A DNA stretch of 64,000 nucleotides from Cyanidioschyzon merolae (Eukaryota), in the NCBI GenBank assembly GCA_000091205.1, contig AP006491.2; one strand, written 5' to 3'. A model generated the notes under the pieces. The model had not been told where the DNA came from. It did not search any database and saw only the letters and a program-made list of their open reading frames with translations. Positions 43,979 through 55,394 of the stretch are shown here, piece by piece. How positions within the stretch are numbered: the first letter of the stretch is position 1; each line of letters opens with the position of its first letter. The translations under genes and the position numbers were made by a program.

Positions 43979-44914
43979 ATGCCGCTGCACCTGAGGCGCC
44001 GACACATGCAACCAGCAGCAGGGGCAGCAGTGTGGCGAAGGCAGTACGCGATCACCGGCATGGATCCTCCTCCAGACGCCGACGCCCAAAGCGCTGCCCT
44101 TAAATTAGGGCGGATCCGGCCTCTAAGGCCAATGTGGTTGCGAACGTTTACCGCAGCGCGTTTTCGCAACGCGAACGCACGAGCGACGGGCCTGCTTCAC
44201 CACAGCCGGCTACGAGTCCGACATCGGCTGCATATGTCTGGGGCTGGCCAACCGATACCACTTGTGGCGGTGCTGGCGTTCGACCGCCCGGACGCTCGCG
44301 AGTTGCGTCGCGCGAACCGCACTGCACACTTGGAGTGGGCGACGCAGCAGCCGTGGATACGGCTCGGTGGCCCTTTGAGTGACACTAGCGCCACGGAACG
44401 CGAAAAAGAAAAAGTCATAGGCTCCTTCCTTGGTTTACAGACGGGATTTGTGGAACATCTCAAACAAGATCCATACACACAAGTTGGTCTCTTCGAACGA
44501 AGCGAGCGTTACGTGTGGCGCGTTTCCGTCGGCTCTCTTGCCAGTTTCCCACCAGACGCTGTGGAGCTCTCGCCACGTCATCAGGACAGATTTTATCTTA
44601 TCTGGGGTGTTGATAAGCCCGGTGCCCTCGAACGCCGGCTCGCTCAACGCGAAAAGCATCTAGCTTGGCTCCGAGCCAGCGAAACGCGCTGTGTGATTGC
44701 CGGTGCCGTTTTCGAGGAGGCACCTCCCAGTGGCGACGCGGCAAGTGCAAGTAAGCCACGAGGAACGATTTTAATTGTTCGGGGCTTTAACGATGTGCAT
44801 GAGTTGCGTTCATGGCTCGCAGGGGATCCGTACCAAGAGAGCAACGTCTTCGAGCACATCCATATTTTCGGGTTCCAGCCGATTATTTGTCGCGTTGATT
44901 CAAATTCGCCGTGA
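43979..44914 (+). CDS. tandem YciI-like (Dabb) domain protein with Arg-rich N-terminal presequence-like extension
   Basis: ATG at 43979. Two repeats of the YciI-like pattern ('PLVAVLAFDRPDARELRRANRTAHLEWA...GGPL' and 'RFYLIWGVDKPGALERRLAQREKHLAWL...GAVFEE...GTILIVRGFNDVHELRSWLAGDPY'). N-terminal ~85 aa rich in R/A/P. Confidence 0.6.
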   Translation: MPLHLRRRHMQPAAGAAVWRRQYAITGMDPPPDADAQSAALKLGRIRPLRPMWLRTFTAARFRNANARATGLLHHSRLRVRHRLHMSGAGQPIPLVAVLAFDRPDARELRRANRTAHLEWATQQPWIRLGGPLSDTSATEREKEKVIGSFLGLQTGFVEHLKQDPYTQVGLFERSERYVWRVSVGSLASFPPDAVELSPRHQDRFYLIWGVDKPGALERRLAQREKHLAWLRASETRCVIAGAVFEEAPPSGDAASASKPRGTILIVRGFNDVHELRSWLAGDPYQESNVFEHIHIFGFQPIICRVDSNSP

Positions 44915-46020
44915 ATGGAAGCGGATGCCGAAGCACAGGATATACAAGCTGCATGCGTTCTTGCACCAGCACCGGCACCGTTCGAAGGCGGCAGGCGACG
45001 CCGAGGCACGCGCTTCCATGGCAGCTTCGAATGCGTGCCGGACACGCGACGCTCGTGCATGCACCTATGGCGGGCATTCCACGGACCAGGCTCGCTGCGC
45101 TGCACAAGCAGACACCTGGGGGATAGACAGCTGTCGTGGGAACGTCGTATTGGCGCCTTGGTACGTCATGTCGCTTGGATGCACCAGAAAACGCCCACTC
45201 GTACGGTGCGTCACAGCCGAAAATTGCAGGACACGCACGGAGACTTGTTGCTGTTCCCGCTTTGATGAAGTAGCGGGAGGAAGCGCGCATTGCGTTGGAT
45301 TTGAGCTCTGCGTAGGCGGTGCCAAATGGATCTACTGGTTCAGTGGTGACGCGCGCTGTAGTTACGTGCGAGGCGCTCGAATTAAGACTCTAGCGCAACA
45401 TTCGCGGATAGTCGAAACGTATACAAGTCTCTAGGCGGTGTATATAAAGAAGAGCATTCCAGCCGTAAAACACGCGCTCAGATACAGTGCGCAACACGTC
45501 TACTCCAGCTAGTCGACTGCGTTTGCAACTCTCAATGGACGTTATCGCGTGTGCGCGCGTTCCCTAGGGCTGGACTCGAAGCGACGCTCTCTCGCTCTTG
45601 TTCGACGAGGAGAGGTATCGGTATTGATCAAGAAACACGTAAACATAGCGCCGCTCTGCAGTCTGCGGCGTTGTGGTACATCCAACGTTCGTGTGATTCG
45701 CACCCGGTTCTTCCAACGCAGACATAAATAACCCTCGATGCCGCCGTCGTTCTGTACCAGCTTGCTCAAGCATCCATCTGTTGATCAAGGACACGCGTGA
45801 GGCATCGAGGCGATTCTGCAATCCACATACGCAGGTGCCTCGCTCGATAACATCCGGAGCATCGACGGACACTGTGCTATATTCCATGGAGAGCCACTGC
45901 TAGGCAGGACACCTGGAACGCCTCTCCCAGGATCCCAAGTCAGATGCAGCGTGAGCGCTCCACAATGCCCAAGCGCAGCTTCCAATGAAGCATCGGTGAT
46001 CACGCGCTCTAGGCCATGAA

Positions 46021-46662
46021 CTAGATATTAGCCAGCGCCTCGTCACTGGGAGTTGGTCGTTTGAGCATCGGCCTCGTGAGCACAACAGCAGCGCCGACCA
46101 TAGCTCCAAGTGAATTCGCAAGCACATCCGCAAGCTCGAACCGGCGACGCACAAAGGGAATCAACGCTTGCAGTGTTTCAACTGCCAAACCTAGAAGAAC
46201 TGAAACAGCAACACTACGCCAAAATAGTGTCCATAGCGAAAGCTTCGTTCGGGTGGCGCTCGCGGAGACACGGTCAGCCGCTGCGGGCAACCGCTTCCAG
46301 TTGCCGCAAGTGCCGACCGTGCCCGCCTCAAGCTCCAGACCAGGCTCGATGTGAGCCGGCGCGAACCGCTCGCGGCCAACTTGGTAAGACTCACAAAGTT
46401 GTGTCGTCGTCAGCTCGGAACCTCGGGACTCAGAGGTGCTCGAAACGTCGTCCAGGAACACCGGTCGCTGCCAAGACAGCAAAGCTACGAGTGCGGCGAC
46501 CACAGCGTATGCCAGAAAGTGGAGTTGGAGGTCCACACGCCACGGCCAGTGCTGCAACAGTCCCTGCGCTGTAAACGAAGTAGGGCACAACGAGCCACCA
46601 ACCACTAAAAAAGTCCAACACGCGAGGCCAAAGCTCAGCCACCGGAGGCGCCGGGCGTCCAT
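46021..46662 (-). CDS. VanZ-like family membrane protein
   Basis: Multi-TM small protein with 'AVETLQALIPFVRRRFELADVLANSLGAMVGAAVV' (VanZ ExxQ..P.R...D...N..G motif). The track start is GTG at 46677; ATG at 46662. Confidence 0.55.
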   Translation of the reverse strand: MDARRLRWLSFGLACWTFLVVGGSLCPTSFTAQGLLQHWPWRVDLQLHFLAYAVVAALVALLSWQRPVFLDDVSSTSESRGSELTTTQLCESYQVGRERFAPAHIEPGLELEAGTVGTCGNWKRLPAAADRVSASATRTKLSLWTLFWRSVAVSVLLGLAVETLQALIPFVRRRFELADVLANSLGAMVGAAVVLTRPMLKRPTPSDEALANI

Positions 46663-48039
46663 GGCTGCAGCGAGCACTGTGGCCCCGCCAGTTCTGGACG
46701 AGATGTTGGCTCTGCGCTTCGTCTACGAAGCACATGAGCCTGACGCTGTGTTGCGCATTCAGAGGGCCGGCTTGCGCGTCTTCAGAGTACTGCTTCCCGG
46801 ACGCCGTTGCTCAGGAGCAGCTGGAACTTTTGCTGCGCTATCGGCGACCTTGTGATAGACGCAGCGTGCAGCCATTGCATCCCGGTTCGGTGTGCTGACG
46901 CTAGGCACTCGACACCCAGAGGATCGCACAAGCGAACCAGTGCTATGATCTCCAGAGGTAAGTTTGTGTGATGGTGAAAGTGATGGTGATGATGGTTTTG
47001 GTTGTTGCCCAAGGACCCTGGAGGTCTGTTGCTGAACGTTGGACGTTCTCTCGGATGCAGGTAACCCGCTTGCAATTGAGAATCCCCGATACCTGTTTAA
47101 ACGATCCGACATCCGAAAAACTATCGTCCGCAGCGCTGCCCCTCTGAGACGGTCATTGATGGATCACGCAGATCTTCCAGTCAGAAGCGCAGCTTCTCGG
47201 TCGGTGCTGAGAGTGAAGCATCTATCGCGTATGTGTCTTCATGGAAAAAGCGACGCACTCCTGTCTCTTCGCACATGCTCACGGTCACGCGTTGCTGCGG
47301 AATATGCACCAGTTGACCGCACCGCCTGATCAGCGCCTGAGGCGAACATGAGAACGTGCTGCGCAGCGCATGTGCGGCCCCGAAACGATTCCTCTCTAGC
47401 GCTCGATCCACTGATGGAATGAAGGTCGCGTCCGAGACTCCGCCACCGCGACGAAGCGATGCTACCAAGATGACGCATCTGATGATGCTGAGCGGTGAAC
47501 GGGTTCTCGCCTGCGTCCATGCGTGCGTGCGTCCTCGTATAGCGCCCCAGTTTTCCATACTGGACGGTAACGTGGCATTTACTGATCGCTTCGCACACAG
47601 GCAGTGTCAATGTGCACACGAACGCGTGTATGAGCATCGACTCTGGGGCGCGCTACTCTTCTGGCTCGCGACCACGTCCAGGCCGGTAACCGGGCACGCA
47701 CACCGGTCTTCCATATAGCGCTTTTCCGAATTCCGTAAACACTTTTCCAGAAGGTTTCCCTTGCCGCTGTTTGTCCCAACGCATGGCTGAAGCTTTGAAG
47801 CGCCCGGAGCTCATCAGATGAGCGCAGGCGTGGAAGCGAGCGCGACTCGATCGCGATGCACGGCGTCTCCCTCGAGTCGGCGCCCTCTGTGTGGTATAGA
47901 AAAGCCGTTCTAGCTCTATGAACTATCTGCTCCAGCGGTTCAGGCGCAAAGGCGGAGACGGAACTGCAGGTTCTAGGCACACACGATAGGTCGTATGAAC
48001 CGACCAGAATATCCTAGAAGAAGTATAGGTCGTGTAACT

Positions 48040-48175
48040 TGGAGGTAGGGTGTTTCATGGATACTTCACCGTGCACTGAAAAAAACACAAAAAGAAAGGA
48101 AAAAGCGCACAATCGGAGAACGCTGGCACAAGTAAACGTCTTGTCCATGAAAAAACAAGAAGAAAAAAATGCATG
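48040..48175. repeat. solo, diverged, inverted copy of the 150-bp satellite monomer
   Basis: 'ggaggtagggtgtttcatggatacttcaccgtgcactgaaaaaaacacaaaaagaaaggaaaaagcgcacaatcggagaacgctggc' is roughly the reverse complement of the 30810-32170 monomer ('...gccagcgttctccgattatgcgcatttttcttttctttttgggtttgttttcagtgcgcggtgaggtatccaccgaatgctctacctcc'). Confidence 0.75.
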
Positions 48176-48495
48176 GCGTCTGCGCGAACAGCCGCTGCGG
48201 AGCAGCGTACCCGCCACGTCAACCGATATTGAACGAGGTGTTGGAGTCTCGAATGCCTGGGAGCGTGCCCCTACTCAGGTGCTTATCTATTAAATAAACG
48301 TCGCTGGAGCTATCGAATATTGGAGCGAGGTGCTCGCTATACTTGCTTGTGAATCGAACCGGCGAAGCGGGCGCTTTGCTCGGAGGTTCTCGCGAGGTCG
48401 GGTGGGCCGCTACCTCTGCCACAGGCATCGGCAGGTGCAGCGCACCGTGCACGTGGTGCCTCTTGGAGACGCGGCCCGCGTAGCGCTGGCCTTCT

Positions 48496-48532
48496 CGTCG
48501 CCGGTGTGTGTGTGTGTGTTTGTGTGTGTGTG
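48496..48532. repeat. (GT)n dinucleotide microsatellite
   Basis: gtgtgtgtgtgtgtgtttgtgtgtgtgtgtg. Confidence 0.9.
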
Positions 48533-49058
48533 TGAGAGGACTATGGGGCTTTTGCGAGACCTCTACGGGACGCCGTTTCCGCTCTACCTAGCCGCCTTCA
48601 CTGCGGTATTTCTGGTTCAGCTCCGTGCAGCTCGTCTTGATTTGAATCTCGTGCGCCAACGGCTTCGACAAAGGTTTTCGGAAACCGCGCGAAATCTCGG
48701 CTCGGCAACGACCGGAGCCTCCGTATCAACAACGGCTACTCCGACCGAGGCGGGCGCGTCGGTGAGAAACCCTCCACAAGCGTCGCCGGCGTCACAGTCG
48801 AAAAAGTCTGGCTCACGTACAGCGGGACAGTTCGGACGAGTTGAATAGCCTCAGCGCCGAGAAACTCGGCCTATGCGAGATGGAACCATAGGCCGCATAA
48901 CACGCCTCATCGCACATTCTCGTGAACAAGTCGGGTACAGCGCGGCTCATTTGACTGAAAGACGGATGCATTTACTCCGGTTACAGCCGGGTTGACGTAC
49001 GCTCGGAACCAAGGCTCGCATTGGAGGTTGTTTTTTTCAACCTTGCGCCCTGGATGCA

Positions 49059-49937
49059 TCACCGAATAGCTTCGAGAACCTTGCTGAAATAGAAGCGCGT
49101 CGCCGTGAATGCCGACGACTGCACCCGCCAACCGTTGCGTTCTAGGGTCTCGCGAATTTCCTTCTCTGAATGTAAGTAAGCTCGAGTCGCCTTACTGGGA
49201 CCGGGGAAAAAGTCCCCAATGCGTTTCAGCAGCACGTAGTAAAGCGTTCGGGGTGCAAACGAAAGAATCAAGCGCTGCCGGGCGATTTTCGACAAGTGGT
49301 CGATCATGTCCGCAGCCTGCGCTGTAGGATAGTGGATCAGGACGTCTATGCAGCACACAGTATCGAAGCGCTCAGTTTCGGGGATGGACTCGAGGTCTGC
49401 GGTGCGAAACGCACAACGAGCAAACTGGTCAGCGGTGAGCAGCTGCTCTGCCCGCGTACGCGCCTCTGTAGTCATGGCAGTCGAGATGTCGCATGCCAGG
49501 AGATACCTGGGGTTGCGCTGCGCGATAGGAATGGCCAGAGAGCCGACCCCGCAACCAACGTCCAGAACAGTGTGTGTAGCCCAGTCCACGGAGGCTGCAT
49601 CAAGCATACCCAGTACCTTGTGTACGGTTTCCGCGTGCCCTAACCGGATGTCACGCTGAACGCGGTTTACCTGTTCGGAATCGGAGTAAATTCGACGCCA
49701 GCGCTCGAATCCAGTGGTGTTAAAGTAGTCCGTAACAACTTGTTTGTCATCAAGCTTTCGACAAAGCAGCCTAGGACGCGGAGCGCTTCTTGCTACTCGT
49801 CGCCCGTGCACTGAAACTCTCCGAGCGCCAAACGGGGCGCAACCTAGCGGTGAGCAGCGCACTGGGGGTTCGCGTTCACCCGAAGGATTCTGTTTCGCTA
49901 ACGCGCTACGGACAGCAGACGCCTGAATGATGAACAT
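49059..49937 (-). CDS. chlM: Mg-protoporphyrin IX O-methyltransferase (chlorophyll biosynthesis), with N-terminal transit-peptide-like extension
   Basis: ATG at 49935-49937. The mature region matches ChlM motifs. The first set is 'VTDYFNTTGFERWRRIY...QVNRVQRDIRLGHAETV...VLDVGCGVGSLAIP...'. The second set is 'CIDVLIHYP...RLILSFAPRT...LKRIGDFFPGPSKATRAYLH...TRFYFSKVLEAI'. These match my recollection of cyanobacterial and plant ChlM, not a database search. First ~65 aa are rich in A/S/R/P with no acidic residues. Confidence 0.85.
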   Translation of the reverse strand: MFIIQASAVRSALAKQNPSGEREPPVRCSPLGCAPFGARRVSVHGRRVARSAPRPRLLCRKLDDKQVVTDYFNTTGFERWRRIYSDSEQVNRVQRDIRLGHAETVHKVLGMLDAASVDWATHTVLDVGCGVGSLAIPIAQRNPRYLLACDISTAMTTEARTRAEQLLTADQFARCAFRTADLESIPETERFDTVCCIDVLIHYPTAQAADMIDHLSKIARQRLILSFAPRTLYYVLLKRIGDFFPGPSKATRAYLHSEKEIRETLERNGWRVQSSAFTATRFYFSKVLEAIR

Positions 49938-51556
49938 GGAATCCCCAGGCGCTTCTACCGAAGATCGCTTACAACGATAGCAAGAGACGTCTGCGTTGCC
50001 TATATCGTGGAAACCTCGTCCGTGGATACCCCTATGAGTAAGGGATTGGCGACGGAGCTGGGATTGTCTGTCTTACACCAGCGGCGGCATCGCCCGGCGA
50101 GTACCGCTATCGACGCGACGCTGGGATACGGCAAGAGCGCAGCAGATGCTTTCGCTTCTGCAGGGTGCCGCTTCTGGAATGCCGTAGATAGTCACTGGCA
50201 ACGAGACCGGGTAGAGGTAGCGGTGGCGCGATTTCCAGCTGTATACGGGTTGCTTGGAAACTTCCGGGGGAGTCTGGAACGGTTTAGAGATCCTCAAGCC
50301 CGAAACCTATGGACGTGGTGCTCGGCGGCGATCGGTGTCTGCGCTGCTGCCTGACGCTGCAGAGACCGCAAGGGAGCTCGCGTATCCGGTCTTCTTCCGT
50401 TCTCCAGTGCGACCGGGTTTGAAAAGCGTGACACGTGAACTCTCGGGGTTACACTATTGCCCTCGAACGTAAAGTTTTCTCAGGAGAGTGGCCTCGGAAC
50501 CCCATGAGGCTGGATTGTGGCATGATAATCTCGTCATTTATATCGAGTAATAGTACAGTATTCTCGTTCACCCTTTCCCCAGGAAAACCTTTCCAGTTGT
50601 ATCTGAACCCCGCCCGAGTCTCGTTGCATGGCCCAGCCCATACCATTGCAGTATCGTGCTGCGGGACGTCATGCAACTCTGTGGCTCCAGGCCACTGATT
50701 TCTTCATCGCAAGCCTTTTGCGTTGCAGCACACTGCCCATACGGTGTACGGAACGATTCCCGGGGAAGTTCGCTCCACACAGCGCCGCTAGACGCTGCCC
50801 ATGCGCGAGGACTATATCGTAAGATCGATTCTCTTTGCTGTCGATGTCAGGCGCACACATACACACACCAGACCGACTTGCCCACAGCGCCGCACAGTGT
50901 CGCGTCCATAAGCGCGCCGCCGCTGCTACTCGAATACTGGACCAGCACCAGCAGCAAATCAAATGCCTTTACGTTGACTAGGTGAACACATAGGGTCGAT
51001 CCATTTGCACACGCGCAATATCCTTTGCCAGAGATTCGTGCCTATGATACAGGAAGGTTGACGGCTTTGGCCCGAGGAGGTCGCCTGTGGAACATCGGCC
51101 TGGTTCCCGCTTTCTGCTTATCGACGACGTTAGCACGACCGCCTTGCAGGATGCTCTCGAATGCGGCACCGTCCCCGTAGATCCGCATGGTACGAGACGC
51201 ACTCGGCGATATTGAAATGAGTCTGCATGGGGTTGCCCGCGCACACGCAGTGGCAGCACGTCTGATGCCGTGTAGCCAATTGCTGCCGCTGTAGACGAAG
51301 GCGCTGGAGCAGCGCCAAACAGACCCGCAACCCCTTGGCGGCCGAGAGCGGACGGCATGATCAGCTGTGTTGGGGTTGCTCGGCGCGGTTCGGCATCATC
51401 CCCCGAGGCAAGCCTCCGACGTGATTCCCTGTGCAGTGGCGGTCATTACATCATTCGACGCCGACGGGCGGGCGTATGGCAACTCGAAGCAGAAGGCAAC
51501 GAGGCTCCCACCCGTGTCGCTGTGACGTTTGTTAAATGGTGTGCGCATAGGCATCT

Positions 51557-53611
51557 CTACGAAGGTGGCGCTGCCGCAGACTTGAGATTTGGATCCTTCT
51601 TGATAAGCTCTTCTGCCTCGCGTTGCTCCCGTGCCATCGCCTCGGTGAACTGCCGATCCAAGCTACGAGCCGCAGCCAGCCACATGATGATGATGGATGC
51701 GAGAAAGACCGCGAGGAATGGCGTGCTGGCGGCCAAGGATCCAGTAGCGAAAATAAGGGCTTGCTGGATGAATGAGCCTCCCGACTTGCCCAGCGGGTTC
51801 CCGATCACATCGATGGCAGCTTTGCCCTTGCTCTTCGACTCTGCATCCAGTGGGATATACGCCATCTCCTTGCAAGGATCAAACAGGGAATACTTGCTGC
51901 CCTTTGAAGCGATGTTCTGCGCCGCACCGATGAGTACCGCCAGGAAGAGAGGCGTCGTGCCGAGCGCGGCAACGACTGGGCTCAGCTGCTTTGCGAATAG
52001 GGTTAGCGCAAAGAACATCATGCCCGTGATGCCTAGCGTAATCGGAGTGATCATTGCAGCCACGCCCCATCCGAAGCGGCGGAAGATGATACGGCTTGCC
52101 AACATCATGATAATGGTGAACGAGCCCGTGCAAGTCGAGAACCAGCCCATGAAGGTCGAATATGCGTTCGGGTCTGGATACTGCTCACGGAGCTTGCTCT
52201 TCCACGAGACCTCCACAATATTGATGGACATGCCGTACGCGATCACCAGAAGGGCCAAGTTGCGAATATACGGCGACGCGGCCAGAAACTTGGCTGACTC
52301 GACAAGACCCAGCTTGGTTTTCGTCTTGGCTTTCTTCTGACGCGCCGGATCGACCAATGTCGGATCCGTCATTACTTTGCGCTGCATGTAGTAGAAAACT
52401 CCCACGATGATTGATCCGCATACCGCCACTGCCCCCATTAAATAGCGCAAGCTCACGAGCCATCCGTCAACACCGGGCGGCAGATGTTGACGTATATCCG
52501 ATACGAAACGAACGTACTGACCCGAAAAGATCAGCGCAACGTTAGCCATCAGACCAAACACAGGGTACCACTTCTTCGCCTCGTCTACGGTGGTCACCTC
52601 ATTCGCAAATCCCCAGAACAAGAGCGAAACCACCACGGAACCCCAAAGCTCCGCGAGCGTATAGAACACTGCGGATGTCCAGTGCCCGATAATCGCCAGC
52701 GGAGGCGCGAATGTCGGTGGCAAATACTGCAGCGCCCAGCTCACAAACCCGCTAGGGTGCAAAAACGCCCTATTGGGATAAAGAAACCACGCATAGCTCA
52801 AGAAGAAAAGGAGGAAAGGCGCTATGCAGATGTAGAAAACAGTCTCCCGAGAGAACACATTCGTGAGCTTCGAGTACAAAATCGTAAACAGCACTGCACC
52901 GGGCAAGTTCGCATAGGTCTTCAAAAAGGGAATAATCTCTGCACCGGCCGCAGTTACAACCAGCACGTCCTTTGTATCACGCAGGATAGTGTAGTTGAAG
53001 AGAATGAGGAAGAACATAAGACCAAGGGGTATGATTTTGCGCAGCTCCCGGCTCGGCGGTGCAGGCGAGCTACTCCCGTTCGTACCGACCATGCCGTCAC
53101 CGTTCGTGCCGTACGCACTCGAGCCTGCTGCGGAAGCATCGGCCTTCAGAACGAGGCCCTCTTTTGCCTGGTCCTCTGGCTTCTGCAACCCATCCTTCTT
53201 TTGGGAACCCTTCTGCCACGAAGCCAGCAGCGCCGCTACCCCACCAAGCGCCAAGCCTACCAGTGCGCCAAGCGGCGTACCCCAGAGACGTGATGCCGGC
53301 GCCGCCGCTGCCGCCGCTGTCGCAAGTTGCGGCTGCTGAATAGACTTTTCAACTTTGGCCTCGCGATTCTGGACGATGCCAGTGCGTGGCACCACAACAA
53401 TCTGCGTCGATGTCGAGGCGGCGTTCTCTGCACCCGTGCCTGTACCTGCGCCAACACCCTCAGAGACTGCCACCAGTACGTGCCCAACGCGGGTTTTGGA
53501 ACGGTTGCGGGTACAGCTTCCGCGCTGCACACCAAGAAACCCCCTGTTCCGATAAGTCCCTCGAGGAAGAGACTGAAACGCTCTGAATGTCGTTGTGAAA
53601 CCAAGCATCAT
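51557..53611 (-). CDS. plastid-type ATP/ADP translocase (nucleotide transporter, TLC/NTT family) with ~190-aa N-terminal extension
   Basis: ATG at 53609-53611. TLC-family core ('KIIPLGLMFFLILFNYTILRDTKDVLVVTAAGAEIIPFLKTYANLPGAVLF...LWGSVVVSLLFWGFANEVTTVDEAKKWYPVFGLMANVALIFSGQYV...'). About 12 TM segments, 684 aa. Confidence 0.85.
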   Translation of the reverse strand: MMLGFTTTFRAFQSLPRGTYRNRGFLGVQRGSCTRNRSKTRVGHVLVAVSEGVGAGTGTGAENAASTSTQIVVVPRTGIVQNREAKVEKSIQQPQLATAAAAAAPASRLWGTPLGALVGLALGGVAALLASWQKGSQKKDGLQKPEDQAKEGLVLKADASAAGSSAYGTNGDGMVGTNGSSSPAPPSRELRKIIPLGLMFFLILFNYTILRDTKDVLVVTAAGAEIIPFLKTYANLPGAVLFTILYSKLTNVFSRETVFYICIAPFLLFFLSYAWFLYPNRAFLHPSGFVSWALQYLPPTFAPPLAIIGHWTSAVFYTLAELWGSVVVSLLFWGFANEVTTVDEAKKWYPVFGLMANVALIFSGQYVRFVSDIRQHLPPGVDGWLVSLRYLMGAVAVCGSIIVGVFYYMQRKVMTDPTLVDPARQKKAKTKTKLGLVESAKFLAASPYIRNLALLVIAYGMSINIVEVSWKSKLREQYPDPNAYSTFMGWFSTCTGSFTIIMMLASRIIFRRFGWGVAAMITPITLGITGMMFFALTLFAKQLSPVVAALGTTPLFLAVLIGAAQNIASKGSKYSLFDPCKEMAYIPLDAESKSKGKAAIDVIGNPLGKSGGSFIQQALIFATGSLAASTPFLAVFLASIIIMWLAAARSLDRQFTEAMAREQREAEELIKKDPNLKSAAAPPS

Positions 53612-54779
53612 AGCGACCTCTATAACGATTGAACTTGTTCGACGTGCGTGTATGTCCTACAACAACCCGACACGCATTCGAATTCGCATACGCACGCATC
53701 CGGCGCACGCATGCACCGACGGTGATGAAACGCCATCGCGATGCGTGCGCAGCATGCGGCGGTGGTGGCGGTGGCGGTGCCGGTGGCGATGCCGGTGGCC
53801 AACTCCCGTACGTTGGGTCTGTAGGCGGCATCGCGATCGCCCTGCGATGCGGCTACGGCGGCGTCGGTACGCTTCCGCCGCGGCCCGATGCGCTACGAAA
53901 TCCGTTGACAGCGCGGTGACGTCGCGCGCGTCGAGCCTCGGATGCGGCGTTCTATCGCGTGTAGCGATGCTGCTGATTTTTTTCATTGACAAAACGCTTA
54001 ATTTGACCACGGGTCCTCGAATGAACGATGATCATTGACGACTAGGGTGATCGGCCATCGTAAAGCACCCTGCATCCGGGTTCCATCACCTGTTCTCTGA
54101 TGTAATGATCGTTTTTACGTTCTATCGTGCGCCGAGTACCTGCTTTTGAGCGCCTGATAGAACGCCTGTAGCGTCACGCATGGAGTAGCGGGAGCACCGA
54201 CGCGTCCTGCATGCTATCCTGCGGAATCCTGGTGATGCAGCTCTGAAAAGCGGTATCTATGGCGGTCGCGCTGAAATATGTGCTTTCGACGGATTCGCTG
54301 CAACCGTTGAAGGTTCGGTTCCAGATGGTGTCGGTGTTCTGCGTGCTCGAGCGAGCAGGCTCTGGTGTATGATGCGGGCTGCCTGGTGCTTAGCGTCTGG
54401 ATGCAACGGATGCGCTTTCGCAAACAGTTCGTTATGTGCCGTTTGCGTTCGAAACTTGTTACCTTTCAGGAGCGAATGAAGCTTTCCACAGTACCCGTTT
54501 GAAAGGGTCTTTTAGAATGTAAAATCGGGGAATCTGAACAGAATACACGGGATTTGCGGTTGCTGTGCGCAAGCGAGGAAGAGCGCTTGATCAGCGCTGC
54601 TTCGTGGCATGTCGGGCTGGTCAGCATCGATTGTGCTCGTCCCAGCGAATCCAACCGCGCTTCTACACAGGATCACGCCCGGTCAGCGGCTCTGAATCGA
54701 ACTTTTTCTGTCGACTGCTCCGAGTCGCATGTCGTTTTCTGTTTCGCACATGCACATCAACCATGGTTTTCAGTGGATT

Positions 54780-55394
54780 TTAGCATAAACCATTATCTGA
54801 TCTGTAGCAGCGAAGTGCCCAGACTGCAGCCTCCAGGGACAAACCGAAGGCCACACCGACAGCCGCGCCTACCCAAGAGAGTGGCACTGCCCGCAAGCCA
54901 GTTGCACCGTCCACAACCTGTTCATGGATGAGATCCGTGAGCACAGCTCCGAGCCACCAGCCGAACGCGCCGAGGGCCAGACTGCCGAAAAGGAGCTGGC
55001 TAAGGAGGAGGGCGTCTCGGTTCCCGGAACCCGTGTGCAACGGGGCAGTCGCCTGTTTCCTCAGAGACTGCGTACACTGCTCATACTCGAGTCGTGCGAG
55101 GAACGCTCGGAACCTTTGCCGCGCTTCATCGTCAGCGCTTAACGAAGTGTCATCCTGCGGCAACTGCCAGCGCACGAGCGTGCTCTGAACGAGTTCACGC
55201 ACCGCATCCTGGGTGTATCCCGAACCGAGCGCGACGTCCAGCAGCTCTCTGTGCGATATCCAGCACTTCTCGAAGGTCGCTGTGTCGTCAAGCACTGAAC
55301 CAGGCCCGGAAATGACATCGCGCTGGCTGCGCCCCTGAGTCGCTGCTCTCAGAAAGGCGCGAACTTTGGGGTCTGTGGCGTCGAGCCACGGCAT
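54780..55394 (-). CDS. hypothetical protein with C-terminal transmembrane segments (possibly tail-anchored)
   Basis: The track start at 55409 is TTG; ATG at 55394. Soluble N-terminal region then 'LLFGSLALGAFGWWLGAVL' and 'WVGAAVGVAFGLSLEAAVWAL'. No recognised family. Confidence 0.3.
   Translation of the reverse strand: MPWLDATDPKVRAFLRAATQGRSQRDVISGPGSVLDDTATFEKCWISHRELLDVALGSGYTQDAVRELVQSTLVRWQLPQDDTSLSADDEARQRFRAFLARLEYEQCTQSLRKQATAPLHTGSGNRDALLLSQLLFGSLALGAFGWWLGAVLTDLIHEQVVDGATGLRAVPLSWVGAAVGVAFGLSLEAAVWALRCYRSDNGLC

Noticed and set aside
51357-53293. Long + strand ORFs (327 aa, 269 aa) antisense to NTT. Similar antisense ORFs lie over PEX1 (18612-19241), the beta-propeller gene (4770-5453) and GUK1 (55831-56514)
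   Set aside because: Stop-poor antisense frames are typical of GC-rich coding DNA. They have no motifs and are fully nested in well-supported genes.
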